A DNA stretch of 64,000 nt from Heterodontus francisci (Eukaryota). A program made the translations under genes and the position numbers. The stretch lies in NCBI RefSeq assembly GCF_036365525.1, contig NC_090404.1, positions 45,641,544 to 45,705,543 on the forward strand. The letters run 5' to 3'. Below are positions 11,938-24,810 of the stretch, piece by piece. The notes under the pieces were generated by a model that was not told the origin of the DNA, ran no database searches, and saw only the letters and a program-made list of their open reading frames with translations. Position 1 is the stretch's first letter, and each line of letters opens with the position of its first letter.

Positions 11938-13391
11938 AATAGATTTATTTCCCCCTCGCTCCCCAATAACGATTCTTGACAGTCCTGACCTTTAAACCAC
12001 AAATTTTACACTCTTTGCCATTCAACCCCTTCCCACCATCCCCACAGCCAATGAAAAATGTTTACCCGCTCCTCCACCCCTCCCGCCCTGAAAATTGTAT
12101 TCCTCCGCTCTCCCCACCAGGTACGAGCTGTGTTTGGAATCGGTAAAATCTGTGTGGGACGTCTGCCGCCTGCAGGTTAGTGTATTAGCATCTAATTGAG
12201 CTTAATTTGAATATTTAGATGAAGGGCCCGCCAGTCGGTGGCGGGTGGCGGGTGGCGGGGGGTGGGGGGGAGGGGGCAGCACAGAGGTCTCCCACCGCCA
12301 GTCATATACGACGTTGAAGGGCCATAAAATTCAGCCCGTTAATTCTGTTTCTCGCTCCACAGATGCTGTTAGACCCGCTGAGTATTTCCAGCACTTACTG
12401 TTTTTATTTCTAATTTTCAGCATCTGCAGTATTTTACTTTGATGATGCGTTGTAAGTGTAGCTCTATTGTGTTATTAGCACTGTTACTGTGGGTGAATTA
12501 TCACACTGCTATCTCAATGTAAAAGTAGCTCTGTTGTGTTATTGACACTGCTGCTGTGGGTGAATTATCACACTGCTATCTCATGGTAAATGTTGATCTA
12601 CTGTATTGCTGACAATTACTGTTATCACTGTCACAGTGCACCTCCAGTTCCACTGTACTAATGATTCTGACAGTGGCTGAGTGGCAAAATTTTCAACTTA
12701 CTGACATTAATCAGCAACTAAATAATTCTTGTCAGGCATCAAGCTGTTGACAGAAATGTAAGCAATGTAACAATTGGCCATGTATGAATAAATTTGTTCC
12801 GACCCTAAGCTCACAGACTGCAGTGCTTCTCGTCCCACTCTGTAACTCGCATTGCTTCAGCCCTGCTCTCCTTTCCCACATTAGTTGCTGCTGACTGCTC
12901 TATAGTGAGTTCTAATGTTCTTTCTGCTCCAATTCCCTGGCAATGTCCTGGACTGTTCCCGTCTTCAATCTTTGCTCCATATTTTGTGTAACTGGTGGAA
13001 TCTCTCACATTTTAGTCGAAAAGTTTAAATTTCAATAGCACTATAGTACTAAGCTGGTCATCTATGACCACAGTGCAGTGCAGTATCAGGGAAGTGCTGC
13101 GTTGCAGGAGGGACCTTCATCTGAATGAGACCTCATCAACTTCCAGTTCTGCTGGTACAGATCGACACCGAAGATCCCAGGGGACTAATAGGAGACGTTG
13201 TCAGAGTTATCACTGCATCTTCAAAAACATCCCCTCCGGAAAGTGCTAAAACACTAATAGTCCTTTCAGTTCTCTCTGTTTGAATATCCTTGCGACCAAG
13301 TTGCCAGTCAAACCTACCAACAGTGAATCATTAATACAGTCATTCATTGGTTTAAGGCCTCTTAGGTCATCAGCAGGGTATAATCCGTTTT

Positions 13392-14647
13392 ACAAAAGAA
13401 CAAATAACAGTACAGCACAGGAACAGGCCATTCGGCCCTCCAAGCCTGCGCCGATCTTGAAGCCTGCCTAAACTAAAACCTTCTGCACTTCCGGGGACCG
13501 TGTCCCTCTATTCCCATCCTATTCATATATTTGTCAAGATGCCTCTTAAACATCACTATCGTACCTGCTTCCCCCACCTCCCTCGGCAGCCAGTTCCAGG
13601 CACTCACCACCCTCTGTGTAAAGAACTTGCCTCACACATCCCCTCTAAACTTTGTCCCTCTCACCTTAAACCTATGTCCCCTAGTAACTGACTCTTCCAT
13701 CCTGGGAAAAAGGTTCTGACTATCCACTCTGTCCATACTGCTCATAACTTTGTAAACCTCTATCATGTCGCCCCTCCACCTCCGTCGTTCCAGTGAAAAC
13801 AATCTGAGTTTATCCAACCTCTCCTCATAGCTAATGCCCTCCAGACCAGGCAACATCCTGGTAAACCTCTTCTGTACCCTCTCCAAAGCCTCAATGTCCT
13901 TCTGGTAGTGTGGCGACCAGAATGGCATGCAATATTCTAAGTATGGCCGAACTAAAGTTCTGTACAGCTGCAGCATGACTTGCCAATTTTTATGCGTTAT
14001 GTCCCGACTGATGAAGGCAAGCATGCTGTATGCCTTCTTGACTACCTCATCCACCTACGTTGCCACTTTCAGTGACCTGTGGACCTGTACGTCCAGATCC
14101 CTCTGCCTGTCAATACTCCTAAGGTTTCTGCCATTTACCGTATACTTCCCACCTGCATTAGATCTTCCAAAATGCATTACCGGACATTTGTCTGGATTAA
14201 ACTCCATCTGCGATTTCTCTGCCCAAGTCTCCAACCGATCTATATCCTGCTGTATCCTCTGACAATCCTCATCACTATCCACAACTCCACCAACCTTTGT
14301 GTCATCCGCAAACTTACTAATCATACCAGCTACATTTTCCTCCAAATCATTTATATATACTACAAAGAGCAAAAGTCCCAGCATTGATCCCTGCGGAACA
14401 CACTAATCACATCCCTCCATTCAGAAAAGCACCCTTCCACTGCTGCCCTCTGTCTTCTATGACAGAGCCAGTTCTGTATCCATCTTGCCAGCTCACCTCT
14501 GATCCCGTGTGGCTTCACTGTTTGTACCAGTCTGCCATGAGGGACCTTGTCAAAGGCTTTACTGAAATCCATATAGATAACATCTACTGCCCTTCCTTCA
14601 TCAATCATCTTTGTCACTTCCTCAGAAAACTCAATCAAATTAGTGAT
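13392..14647 (-). mobile_element. CR1-type LINE, 5'-truncated, in the GPCR intron
   Basis: RT motifs YMDFSKAFDKVPH, KFADDTK and LEYCMPFWSPHY; 3' tail near 13392-13430. Confidence 0.92.
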
Positions 14648-15068
14648 GAAATGCAATTGAATGCAAGTTTTTCCTACTTTCCTGTTAGTTTCCACTTTTA
14701 TTGTGGGTTATTGTATTATTTATTCTCTTACGTATCTTCTAGAATATGTCACTGATGTTACTTTTCTTGCCTGCTTGATGTTCCCATTTTGGTTTCAATG
14801 GATTTCCCATGCCTTCCTGTTCTCCATTATGTTTGATTGTATTATTATACTTTACAATGTTATTGACCTGTCTTATTTTCAATCTGGATGATTAGTTTCA
14901 ACACTGAAACAACTGATTGGAGGTTAAGTGATAGTTTTCAACTCAGGATCATGTGCCAAAGCCATAAATTTCGCACAGAATTCTGTAAAGCTACTGCTTT
15001 CGTTGGGAGTCGGATCAATAATTTTCTTGCTCTCTCTCTTTCTCTGACTCTCTCTGTCTCTCTTTCAG

Positions 15069-15976
15069 CTAATCTGGCAGTGATTGTGATCCTGTCCCGA
15101 GGAAGATGCGGTCTCTCCAGATGTATCACTTACTACCTGGTGTCCATGGCTGTGACGCATCTCCTGGTCATTATCACTGTTGTGATATTAAACCGGATTG
15201 TTGGTATTTATTTCCAAGCCAGTTTCCTGTCCATCACACCGGTATGCAGTCTCCGTGTTGTCCTGAACTTTGTGATGGTAGATTGTTCTGTCTGGACAAC
15301 GGTCGCTTTCACCTTTGATCGATGTATGGCCATTTGTTTCCACAAGCTGAAAATAAAATACTGCACCGAGAAAACAGCGGCTGGAGTTATCGGAACGGTC
15401 TGTACACTGATATGTTTAAAAAATATCTTCTTGTATTTTGTATATCAACCTCTGTATATAATTGACAATATGCCCTGGTTTTGCAGAATTAAATCAGTAT
15501 TTTATACGTCACCTGCATGGGCGGCATATGACTGGATTCTTCGCATTTCAACCCCTTGTCTCCCATTCATTCTGATTTTACTGTTCAATGCTCTGACTGT
15601 CAGGCATATTCTACTGGCCAGTAAAGTCCACAGGAGACTCCGAGCCCACAGCAATGGAGAGACTCAGAGTGACCCAGAGATGGAGAAGCGGAGAAACTCC
15701 ATTGTTTTACTTTTCTGCCTCTCAGGCAATTTCATCCTGTTATATTTGCTACTTCTCATAAATTTCCTTTATGTCCGAATTGCGAAATTTAGCTATTTTT
15801 CTGGTTCCAATTTCAATGAAGCAAATTTCATTCTGCAGGAAGGCGCACATATGCTCCAGTTTTTGAGTTCCTGCGTCAACCCGTTTATTTATGGAGGGAC
15901 CCAGAGAAAATTTAGAGAGGAGTTAAAAAATGGGGTGAAATATCCATTGAGTCTAATTGTTAAATTGTTTAAATGA
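15069..15976 (+). CDS. GPR139/GPR142-like class A GPCR, coding exon 2 (325 aa spliced product)
   Basis: CT-rich tract and TTTCAG acceptor at 15068. Motifs ANLAVIVIL (TM1), FTFDRC (DRY-like), extracellular Cys pair (TPVCS / PWFC), PFILILLFN (TM5) and NPFIY (TM7); TGA at 15974-15976. The ORF-track N-terminus 14888-15068 is intronic. Confidence 0.92.
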
Positions 15977-17329
15977 TGAAAATAGTACAAGCCAGCATGA
16001 ATTGCAGATTATATTCCATCCATTTCTGTCCTTGTGCATGCCACACATGGCACCACTCCCAGAAAAATAGTCACTCGTTTTGAGATCCTTTCTATTCTGT
16101 GAATTAAAGAATGCATAAGTAACGATGCATCACCACACAATTTCGTGTTGTAACATGCTATTGTTTAGTTTTCAGTTCTATTCTCGGTGCTGACTTAATG
16201 CTTGGTACATTTCCATCAGCCCCGAAGGCCCCAGTGTATCGCTAGATTCACGTGAGTGTGTCTGACCTCTGATCGATTACTAGATATCAATGTTAATTCT
16301 TCAATGAAAGGATATCAATATCACTGTTGGCAATGATTTGTGTCTAAAGGGAAGGATAGACTGTGAAATGGAATCTGGTAATGCATCTCCAATTCATAGG
16401 CACCACCTCATAGCCCATAAACATAGGAACAGAGGAAATGCTGAAGGAAAAAAGACAAAACACCATCTAGTTCGCCTTCTACTCTTTTCAATGGCCAATT
16501 GAGACATCACGGCTGTGTTATGAAACAAAACGAAATTATTTGAATAAAAGTTCCCCTTTTTAAAAGGGATGCCAACAATAAACAATAAAATCATAAAAAG
16601 AAACTTTATCAAATGAAATGACGGTGTTATCTTCACTTTCGTCTATGCACTTTGCCTTCTACCACCCGGGTAGTCCCATGATGAAATGTGAACAGAGTTT
16701 TAGAATAATCACATCAATCACTATAAACTAGCCTACAACAGACAAAGACATCAGGCGAGGAAAACCCCAGCGGTGAAGAGCTTTCAGAACCATATTTACA
16801 AAGTCACCTGTTCCGCTCAAGCAAGACTTCATGTAAAACATGTCATGTATCAAATTTCTCACATACTGTATCCCAAAATGGCATCCTATGAATGAAATAT
16901 GTCTAATTTGCATTGTAAAAGCAATATTAACTGCCTCTACCTTAGCTATATGGGGCTACTAGGATAGTAGAAGGAAAAGCGACTGGAGCCCATAGTCAAA
17001 AGTGAGGGTAATATCTGCAGAATGTGTCTGCTCCATTGATCGACAACTCAGTGAAATACAGTTTCAGTAGATTAGCTTTGAATTTAGCCCCTTTATTGCA
17101 GCCTGTGACTTCTGGTTCTACTGTTCCTGAAAACATGTCGAGCTCTACATCATCGAGTCGCTTTAGAATCAGGAAAACAGAAAGCATGCCAACACTGCCC
17201 CTTCCATTTTTCAGTAAAAGCATACTCAATATATAGAATTGTCCCTCCCATTCCAATCAAACCCATCCCCTTAATTATTCTGGTTATTCTCTTCGGTGTC
17301 TGATCAATAGTTGCAACATCCTGTTGTGT

Positions 17330-18060
17330 CCAGAATTCACACAGAAATCTAAATGAGGGGAGAACAATGATTTAAAAAGTGTCAGAATTCTCTTACTAAC
17401 TCAGCTCAATATTGACCTTTTTTATACATCCCAACGTCTCATTTATTTTGCTCATTGTTGCTATACTTACAGTTTGGTGTTAATCAAAAAGCACAACTCT
17501 CTTTTATATTCCATACAAATTAATTTCTTTTTATTTAAGTGATAGAACCTTTTTGAATTTCTTCTCACCATGTGACATGCTTTCCATTTCTTTACATTGA
17601 ATGTCATCTGTCACCTGTCTGCCCAATTTCCAACTAGTTTAATCCCCCTGTTGCTTATTCTCTTCAGCTTTGCAGTCCACCACCTGCATCAGCTTTGTTT
17701 CACCTGCAAATCTAGTCGTTGTCTTGTGACTCTTCGTTCCAGATCATTTAAAACGCTATTAAAATGCAGAGGTCCAAACTAGGTCTCTGTGGGACTCATT
17801 GGTAACAGTTCCCAAAGGCGATAACAGTCCCAATATCATTTGTCTTTGGATTCTATCAACCAAACAATTACAAATCCCTTTAAAAAATATTTTGACTGAT
17901 TCCTGCTTTAGTTCTTTTTAGTGTAACTAAAATATTATTTACCTTTTCTTTTCTTGCTACATTCAGTTTTTCAGTGCTAGCACTATGCTTTTTTACACTC
18001 CAGGCATGCGGTTTGATATTGAATCCATCTACACAATTTAACGTGCCACATTTTCGTGTC
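17330..18060 (-). mobile_element. Ancient CR1-like RT remnant
   Basis: Decayed RT-region signatures such as TTGAATGTCATCTGTCACCTGTCTGCCCA; no ORF; boundaries approximate. Confidence 0.5.
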
Positions 18061-18479
18061 ATCTGTAAACTTGACTCTATTTACCCTTATCTCCAGGCAT
18101 TCCTTTTGGTATTGGATCCATAATAATTCTGTGTCATTTTCCTTCATGAACTGTAATGATTTCTTTCTTTCTTTGTACTTCTGGCAGCCTGCCTTTCAGA
18201 GTCATCGCAACACAGAGGCCTTCCCAGACTATAAAAGTGGAGTCACTAGGGAGGGGTATATATGTTGGTGGAAAGACAAATTCTTTAATAATATCAGACA
18301 GTTAGATAATTGACCATAAATTGCTGTCAACCACATGCTGACTTATAGTGTTAATTCATTAAATGCTTACATTAAATTTAACAATATGTGATTCATTTGA
18401 ATTTGCCTTCGCTAAAGAGGTAAAACCCTCCAGTGGTATGGTAAAGCAGGACGGCCAGAACAACTGGACATGATGCAGG

Positions 18480-19500
18480 TAGATAAATGGCTTGGTTGCT
18501 TTCAATGTAGAAACATCACCAGGCCTTGATGGGATGGATGATTAGCTGCTGAAAGTAGTAAGAGTGGAAATTGCTGAGACTGTGGTCAAAATTTGTCATA
18601 ATTCCATGGATATAGTTGAGTTGCCAGAACACTGGACGGCTGAAAAATCTTTCTCTGCTGTTCACAAAAGCGGAGAGGCAAACACCTGGCAGTACAGGGT
18701 AATCAACGAAAGATCAGTGCAAGACAACTTTCTTGTGAGCAACATCCGGGACAAAGTTAGCTCCCCTTGGACGAACATGGATTAATAAATAATAGATAAC
18801 ACGGATTTGTAAAAAGAGCAAATTGCTTAACTGGAATAATGGAGAAGGTTGATGAAGTTTGATATGTGTATGGACTTTCAAATGTGTTTGATAAAATGAT
18901 GTGTAATAGACTTGTTGGTAACATTGAAAACGATAGGATTAAAGAGGCAGTAGCAACATTGATACAAAATTGGCCAATGAGAGACAGCAGAGAGTAGTGG
19001 TGAATGGTTATTTTCAGATTGTGGGAAGCATATGGTGCTGTCACACAAGGTATTAGGAACAACTGCCCTGTTGGATGTATGTTTATAAGTTCGGTACTTA
19101 AGTGTGACGGGTAGAATTTGAAAGTTTACATATACAGAAAACGTAGAAATGTATTTTAATGTGAAGAAGAAAGTAGCAGATCTCGGAAGGACAATGACAG
19201 ACTGGCAAAATGGACACAAACATGACTTATAGAATTTAATGCATAGAGGCGTGAAGTGATGCATTTTGGTAAGAACAATTATCAAAGATAATACTATCTA
19301 AATGGTACAATTTTAAAGTGGATGCAGGAACAGAGATTTGAGGGTGGATTTACACACCTACTTATAGGATACAGAAAAAGTTGGCAAAGTTATTAACAAA
19401 GACAGAGCTTGGGCTTTATAAGTAGAGTCACAAAATATATAAAGATAGGTCAAAATTTTACCAACCATGCATTAGGCCTTTCAAAGGTTGAATTTGACCA
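18480..19500 (+). mobile_element. Ancient CR1-like ORF2 remnant
   Basis: Decayed SPGLDG, L..VRVEIAE and MDF..FDK motifs. Confidence 0.65.
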
Positions 19501-19589
19501 ATTGCCTTTGTTTTATTTGAAAATTGTCCAGTATATCAAATAGTCCTTAATAATATCGTTAATAACAGAAGAATCTAACTTCTGCACTG

Positions 19590-19995
19590 ATAGACAGTTG
19601 GTATAAACAACTGAATCCTTCTACACCCATGGAACATTTAAATGCCTTCGCACCCTTGTGAATATACTAAGGTGTGAGCAGATGGGAGGAATGTTTCAAT
19701 TGTTTCTCACACATGGATCAGGTAAACGGCCTCTCGCCAGTCTGACTGTGTCGATAAATATCCAGCTCAGGTGAGTAAATGAATCCTCCCACAGTTCCCA
19801 CATTTCCACAGTCTCTCCATGGTACATGTGTCCTTGTGTCTCTCCACGTTGGCCAATCAGTTGAATTTCCGTCCACACACAGAAGAAATATATGGTTTCT
19901 CCCCACCATGAATGCAATGATGGTTTTCAGATGCTATAACTGGTCAAAGCTCTTTCCAGGGTAAGTGCACGAGAACACTCTCACTATAATGTGTA
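19590..19995 (-). pseudogene. C2H2 zinc-finger gene relic (about 4-5 decayed fingers)
   Basis: Minus-strand translation HCIHGGEKPYISSVCGRKF..NVERHKDTCTMERLWKCGNCG..ELDIYRHSQTGERPFT*SMCEK shows TGEKP-type linkers with stops and frameshifts. Confidence 0.8.
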
Positions 19996-19999
19996 TTTG

Positions 20000-22900
20000 T
20001 CTTGGTGCCTGTAATTGACAATCTTATCCTTCTTCCTTTATCTGAAAAAAGGAGGTAACATTTGCAATCCTCCAGTCCCTTGACAACACCCCGGTATCTA
20101 AGGAGGATTGGAAGATTGTGGCTAGGAGCTGTGTAATTTCTCTCTTTACTTCCCTCTGCAATCCTTTGCATCTGTTGACTTAACCACTTCAAGTACACCA
20201 GAATTTTAGTACGTCCTATTTATCTATGTGATCTCATGCAGGGTCCCAGCAACTTCCTCATTTTTCCATAACATTGGCAAAGTCTTCTTCCTTGGTGGGA
20301 ACCAATGAAAATGTACTCATTTAGTTCCTGAGGCATGCCTTCTGCCTTCACGAAAACATCTTCCCTTGTGTCCCTAATCGGCTCCACAACTCCTCTCACA
20401 CTCATTATTTTTGTTTTAATTTTCGTACTGTCTCTTAGCTGCTGTTATTATTTTTTCATCTCCCCTTTGTACGTTTTATATTCAGCCTGATTCTCCCTTC
20501 CATTATCAAGTTAATCTTTCACTCCAATTTACCTGGAACAGATTCCTCCTCAATTCGCTGAAATTCATCCAGCTCCTTTTCAATATGTTTTTATTTTAGA
20601 TTGTTCCTTGTGATTCTGCATAACTAATTTAAGCATTGAAATACAACGATACTATTCCTGAGGTACTTCTCGACCGTGACATTCCCCAGGACTCGATCCA
20701 GAAATGCTTCCTTCGTCGTTGGGCAGGGAACTTAATGATAAAAAAAAAATCTTCTGGACTCACATCAAAATACTCTCTTTCTCTGTTCTTAACGCAATCA
20801 CTGCCCCATTCAATATTACTTCAATTAAAAACTCACATCATCATTACTCTACACCTCTTGCCTCTCGTTATTTTATTTCGAATCTGTTCCTCTATATACT
20901 TCCTCCTATTTTGTGGCCAATTAAATGCAACAATATCTCCTTCACTTTTTTTTCCCCTCAATTTCCACTAAATAGATTCTGACTTTGACCCCTCAAGGAT
21001 ATTCTTTGTAGTACTGCAAATTTTACCTTCATCAAAACTGCTACCCCCGTATTTTCTTCCCTTCCCGTTTTTTCCTGAACGTTTTGCATCCATGACTGTT
21101 AAGCCAGGTCTCAGATATCGCCTTAACGTCATATTCCCAATGGTTATTTGTTCCTGCAGCTTGTCAACTTTTCGTGTTTTTTTTTACACGCATGCACTCC
21201 AGAAATGTATGTGAATATTCGGTTAATAGAGGAACAGCCGTTCAATGTATCTTTACCCTGCCCCAGATGTATAATTAATGTGATAGAAAGTGAGTGTAAT
21301 AGAGGATGAGATGATCAATGCATCTTTAACCGGCCCCAAGTGTTTGGTTAATAGGATAGAATATGCTGGTAATGGAGGATTACTTGATCCAAGTATACTT
21401 AACTAGCCAGAGGTGTTTGGTCAATTGGATAAGGTGTACAGGTTATAGAGGATTACCTGTTTAAAGTACTTTAAACTGGACCAATGTGCTTGGTTAATGG
21501 GGTAAAGTGTACAGGCAATAGGAGATTAGCTGATCAAATTAACTTTAACTGGCCCAAGTCAATGGGAAAATGTACACATAACATGGGGCTGACTGAGCAG
21601 CGTAACTTTACGCTGTCCTAGGTGTTTGGCCAATGAGATAGAATGCAGGGCTAATAGGGGATTATCTGATCAAAGTATCTTTAACCAGGCCCAGTTTTTT
21701 TGGTCAATGGGATAAATTGTATGGGTAATAGGGGAGTGACTGCTCAATGCAGCTTTCCCATGTTCCAGGTGTTTGGCGAACGAACAGAAATCTGAACTAA
21801 TGGAAGAATAGCTGCTGAAATTATTTTACTCACGCCTCCGTGTTTGGTGCACTGGACAGTATGCCAAAGTGTTAGGAGAATAGCTGATCAATGTAGTTTT
21901 ACCCTGCCCAGCTGTTGGTGAAAAGGACAGAATTTTTGGGGTGATAGAAGAATAACTAAGCAATGCTACCAGCTGAATGTATGGCTTAAACAGTGGTGCA
22001 GGAGACAGGCATTTCGATTCATGGGTCACCATCTCCAGTACTGGGAAAATAGGGAGCTTTTCTGTTGGGATGAGGTCCTCTTAAACTGGGCTAGGGGGAA
22101 TGTCCAGGCGAACTCAATAACTAGGGCTGTAGATGAGCTTTTATGTTAAAAGATTAGGGAGGCTTAAAGCGATGGGAATTTAAAAATATTAAGAGAAAAG
22201 TAAAGGGCACAGAGCAGTGTAGCGATTTGTGTAACGTTAAGCAGAATGTGACGAGAATGGACGGAGTGTTTAAAGGTAATAGTGTATCAGTAAATACGGT
22301 AAAATCAGTGAAAATGGCAGAAAGTTAAAATTAAAACCGCTTCAGCTGAAATCCCAGAGGATTTGTAGAAAATTGACAAGTTAATAACACACATAGAAAT
22401 AAATAGCATTATTGAGACGTGGTTGCATGGTGACCAACGTTTGAAACTAAATATTCCGGGCACTTGATATTTCACAAAGACAGACAAAATTAAAAACGAG
22501 GCAGTGTTACCCTGATAATAAATGATCACATTAAGAACAGTAGTAAGGAAGGATGTTGGCTCGAAAGAGTAGGAAATGAAATCAGTGTGTGCAGAGATAT
22601 GAAATAACAAGAAGTTAAAACATGTGAGAGCAGTTTGTTGGTCTCCTAATAGGAGCTATTCTGTTGGATACGGCATTGATTAATGTCAAAGAGGATGGAC
22701 AACAAATGCCTGCCTTGCCAGCGACGCACAGGAAGCATTAAAAGGAGCGTGAAACCGTAGTCAACTAACCATCTACACAATAGACATAGCACGCTGAGTT
22801 GAGCAAGATCATACTGGCAGTAACCGTGCAGAATTGGGCCTGTCCACCTTCAGTGGAGCAGAGCAGACCTGAAGCTGCCCTCACTGAAAGTAACAAGACA

Positions 22901-23330
22901 GAACTGGATCAGTCCACTCTGAATGCAAGTGTGCGGTACTGGAACTTTCGACACAGAATATTACTGTGCAGACCTGTCGCAGTCCACATTAAATATCACC
23001 GTGCTAATTTAACCTGTCTCGAGTGAACAGAACTGTACTTAGCTTGTCCAGTCAACCTTGAATGCAACACTGAGAATTACCGTACACAACTGGTCTTGCT
23101 CATACGGAATGCAACCGAGCTGAACATGCCAATACTGATAGTAACTGTGCTGAACTGACACTGTGCACCCTGAACGCAACCATGCTGAACTAAACCTGTC
23201 CACATAAGTTGTGATCCTGCTGAAATTGACTTCTACAAACAGCATATAAACACGCCGACCTCAATCAATCCACAATAAATGTAAATGTGCTCAACTGGAT
23301 GTGGTTTCACTGAATATAATCGATTAAAAT
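20000..23330. repeat. Diverged duplicate of the GPCR upstream cassette (about 5290-9090)
   Basis: Same order of minus-strand CR1 pieces, 73-bp minisatellite (21220-21960, about 10 units), plus-strand CR1 piece, junction ACAAAT.CCTGCCTTGCCAGCGA, and ~33-bp repeats. Confidence 0.8.
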
Positions 23331-24261
23331 CTGCATTGATATGTAATCACCAAACCAGGTTATGCAACAAGAAAAATACTTGACAGCGACAATCAATGAT
23401 ATCATAGATGAAGTGAATGGTGCTAAACACTTTTCTAAACTTAACGTCAATGTAAGCTATGATCAAGTCGAGCTTGCAGAAGAATTATGATATCTTATTG
23501 TATTCTATACTCACATCGGACTTTTATGAGACAAGAGGCTCAACTTTGGACTCAGCTCAGCAGCAGAGCATTTCAGCACTTGATTCAATCTGCACTTCAA
23601 GGACTTGAGGACACGCTGAACATCAGTGATAACATTCTAATCTATGGCCAACCGAAAAAAAGAACTCGAGAAAAGCCCACATGCAAGCCTGCAATGTCTC
23701 TAATAATGCAACCTCGCCTTGAACAAAGACAAGTACTTGTTCAATGAAAGCAGAATTGAATTCTTCAGTTATGTGTTCAGTGGTGAAGGAGTATCAAAAA
23801 ATTCACAGTAAGTTGAAACATTGGAAATGCTGCAGATCCTACAAACGTGCAAGAAGTCCAGAGTCTGCTAGGAATTGTCATAGAGAGATGCAGCACTGAA
23901 ACAGGCCCTTCGGCCCACCGAGTCTGTGCCGACCATCAACTATCTATTTATATTAATCCTACATTAATCCTCAGGGCGGATGTACGGAGGTTGTGAGTTG
24001 CCCAAGCGTAAAAACAGCCCTCTCGGCCTTCCTAGTGGGATCGAAAGGAGTACAGAGCACGACGTTTGGCACTGGTATGGCTGCAGGAACTGCTGGAAAC
24101 ATGCCAAAGGTGACACAAGACCGCCTTTGGGGTTCCGCTCCGGATTTTCTGTTAGGGCTTTCTCCCTTAGCCTTGGTGTCTCCTGAGACGACCACATGGC
24201 AGTGGGGTTGTTATGGGCCCTGCTCAGGGATGGGAGCGAAGAAGTAAGCAGTGTGATTTCA

Positions 24262-24810
24262 TGGTGGGAGAGGGAAGGGGGGACGGGGTGTGGGGGGAAG
24301 GGGGTGGGGTGGATGCCGGGGGGAGGAGGTGGGGAAGGGTGTGCAAGTGGGGAGGGGGTGCGTGGGGGAAGGGTGTGGGGGGAGGGGCTGCGAGGGGGAA
24401 GGGTGCGGGGGAGGGGGTGGGGGGAAGGGGGTGCGAGGGGGAGCTGGGAAGGGGGGTGCAGGGGGCCGGGGAGGGGTGTAGGGGAAGGGGGTGCAATGGG
24501 AAGATGGTACGAGGGGGAGGGGGTGCGAGGGGGAGGGAGTGGGGGGAAGGGTGTGCGAGGGGGTGAGCTGGGAGGGGATGGGGGGGAGGGAGTGGGGGAA
24601 GGGTTTGCGAGGGGGATCTGGGAAGGGGGTGAGGGGGAGGGCGTGGGGGGAAGGGGGTTCAGGGCCTCGGGGGGTGCGGGGGGTGAGCTGGGAAGGGGGT
24701 TCGAGGGGGAGGCGTGAGGGAAGGTGTTCGAGGGGGGAAGGGGGTGCTGGAGGGAGGGGTGGGGAAGGAGGTGCGAGGGGGGAAATTGGTCAGGGGGAAG
24801 GGGAGAGGCG
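24262..24810 (+). repeat. G-rich low-complexity tract (GGGGGAAGGGGGTGCGA-like units)
   Basis: Dozens of G4-G6 runs on the + strand inside the RTE 5' region. Confidence 0.9.

Larger units (their letters stand above)
10529..12337. mobile_element. Non-autonomous DNA transposon, PIF/Harbinger-like
   Basis: Perfect 13-bp TIRs GGGCTGAATTTTA (10529-10541) and TAAAATTCAGCCC (12325-12337); 3-bp TSD GTT. Confidence 0.8.
10436..12440. mobile_element. Short palindromic Penelope-derived element (inverted pLTR ends) carrying an inserted DNA element
   Basis: 10436-10506 is the reverse complement of 12338-12410. The sequence matches the pLTR end at 4270-4346. Confidence 0.65.
10080..12640. repeat. Degenerate 67-bp intronic minisatellite (10080-10435 and 12445-12640), split by nested insertions
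   Basis: GATGAATTATCACACTG...GTTCTATTGTGCTATTGACACTGTTACTGTG units spaced 67 nt apart (10145/10212; 12491/12558). Confidence 0.7.

Noticed and set aside
14888-15068. N-terminal 60 aa of the 362-aa ORF as part of the GPCR
   Set aside because: It is intron read-through including the CT tract; the true TM1 start comes from exon 9561-9630.
7750-21960. 67-73 bp periodic repeats as CRISPR-like arrays
   Set aside because: Vertebrate DNA, whole units are degenerate tandem copies with no unique spacers, and no cas genes.
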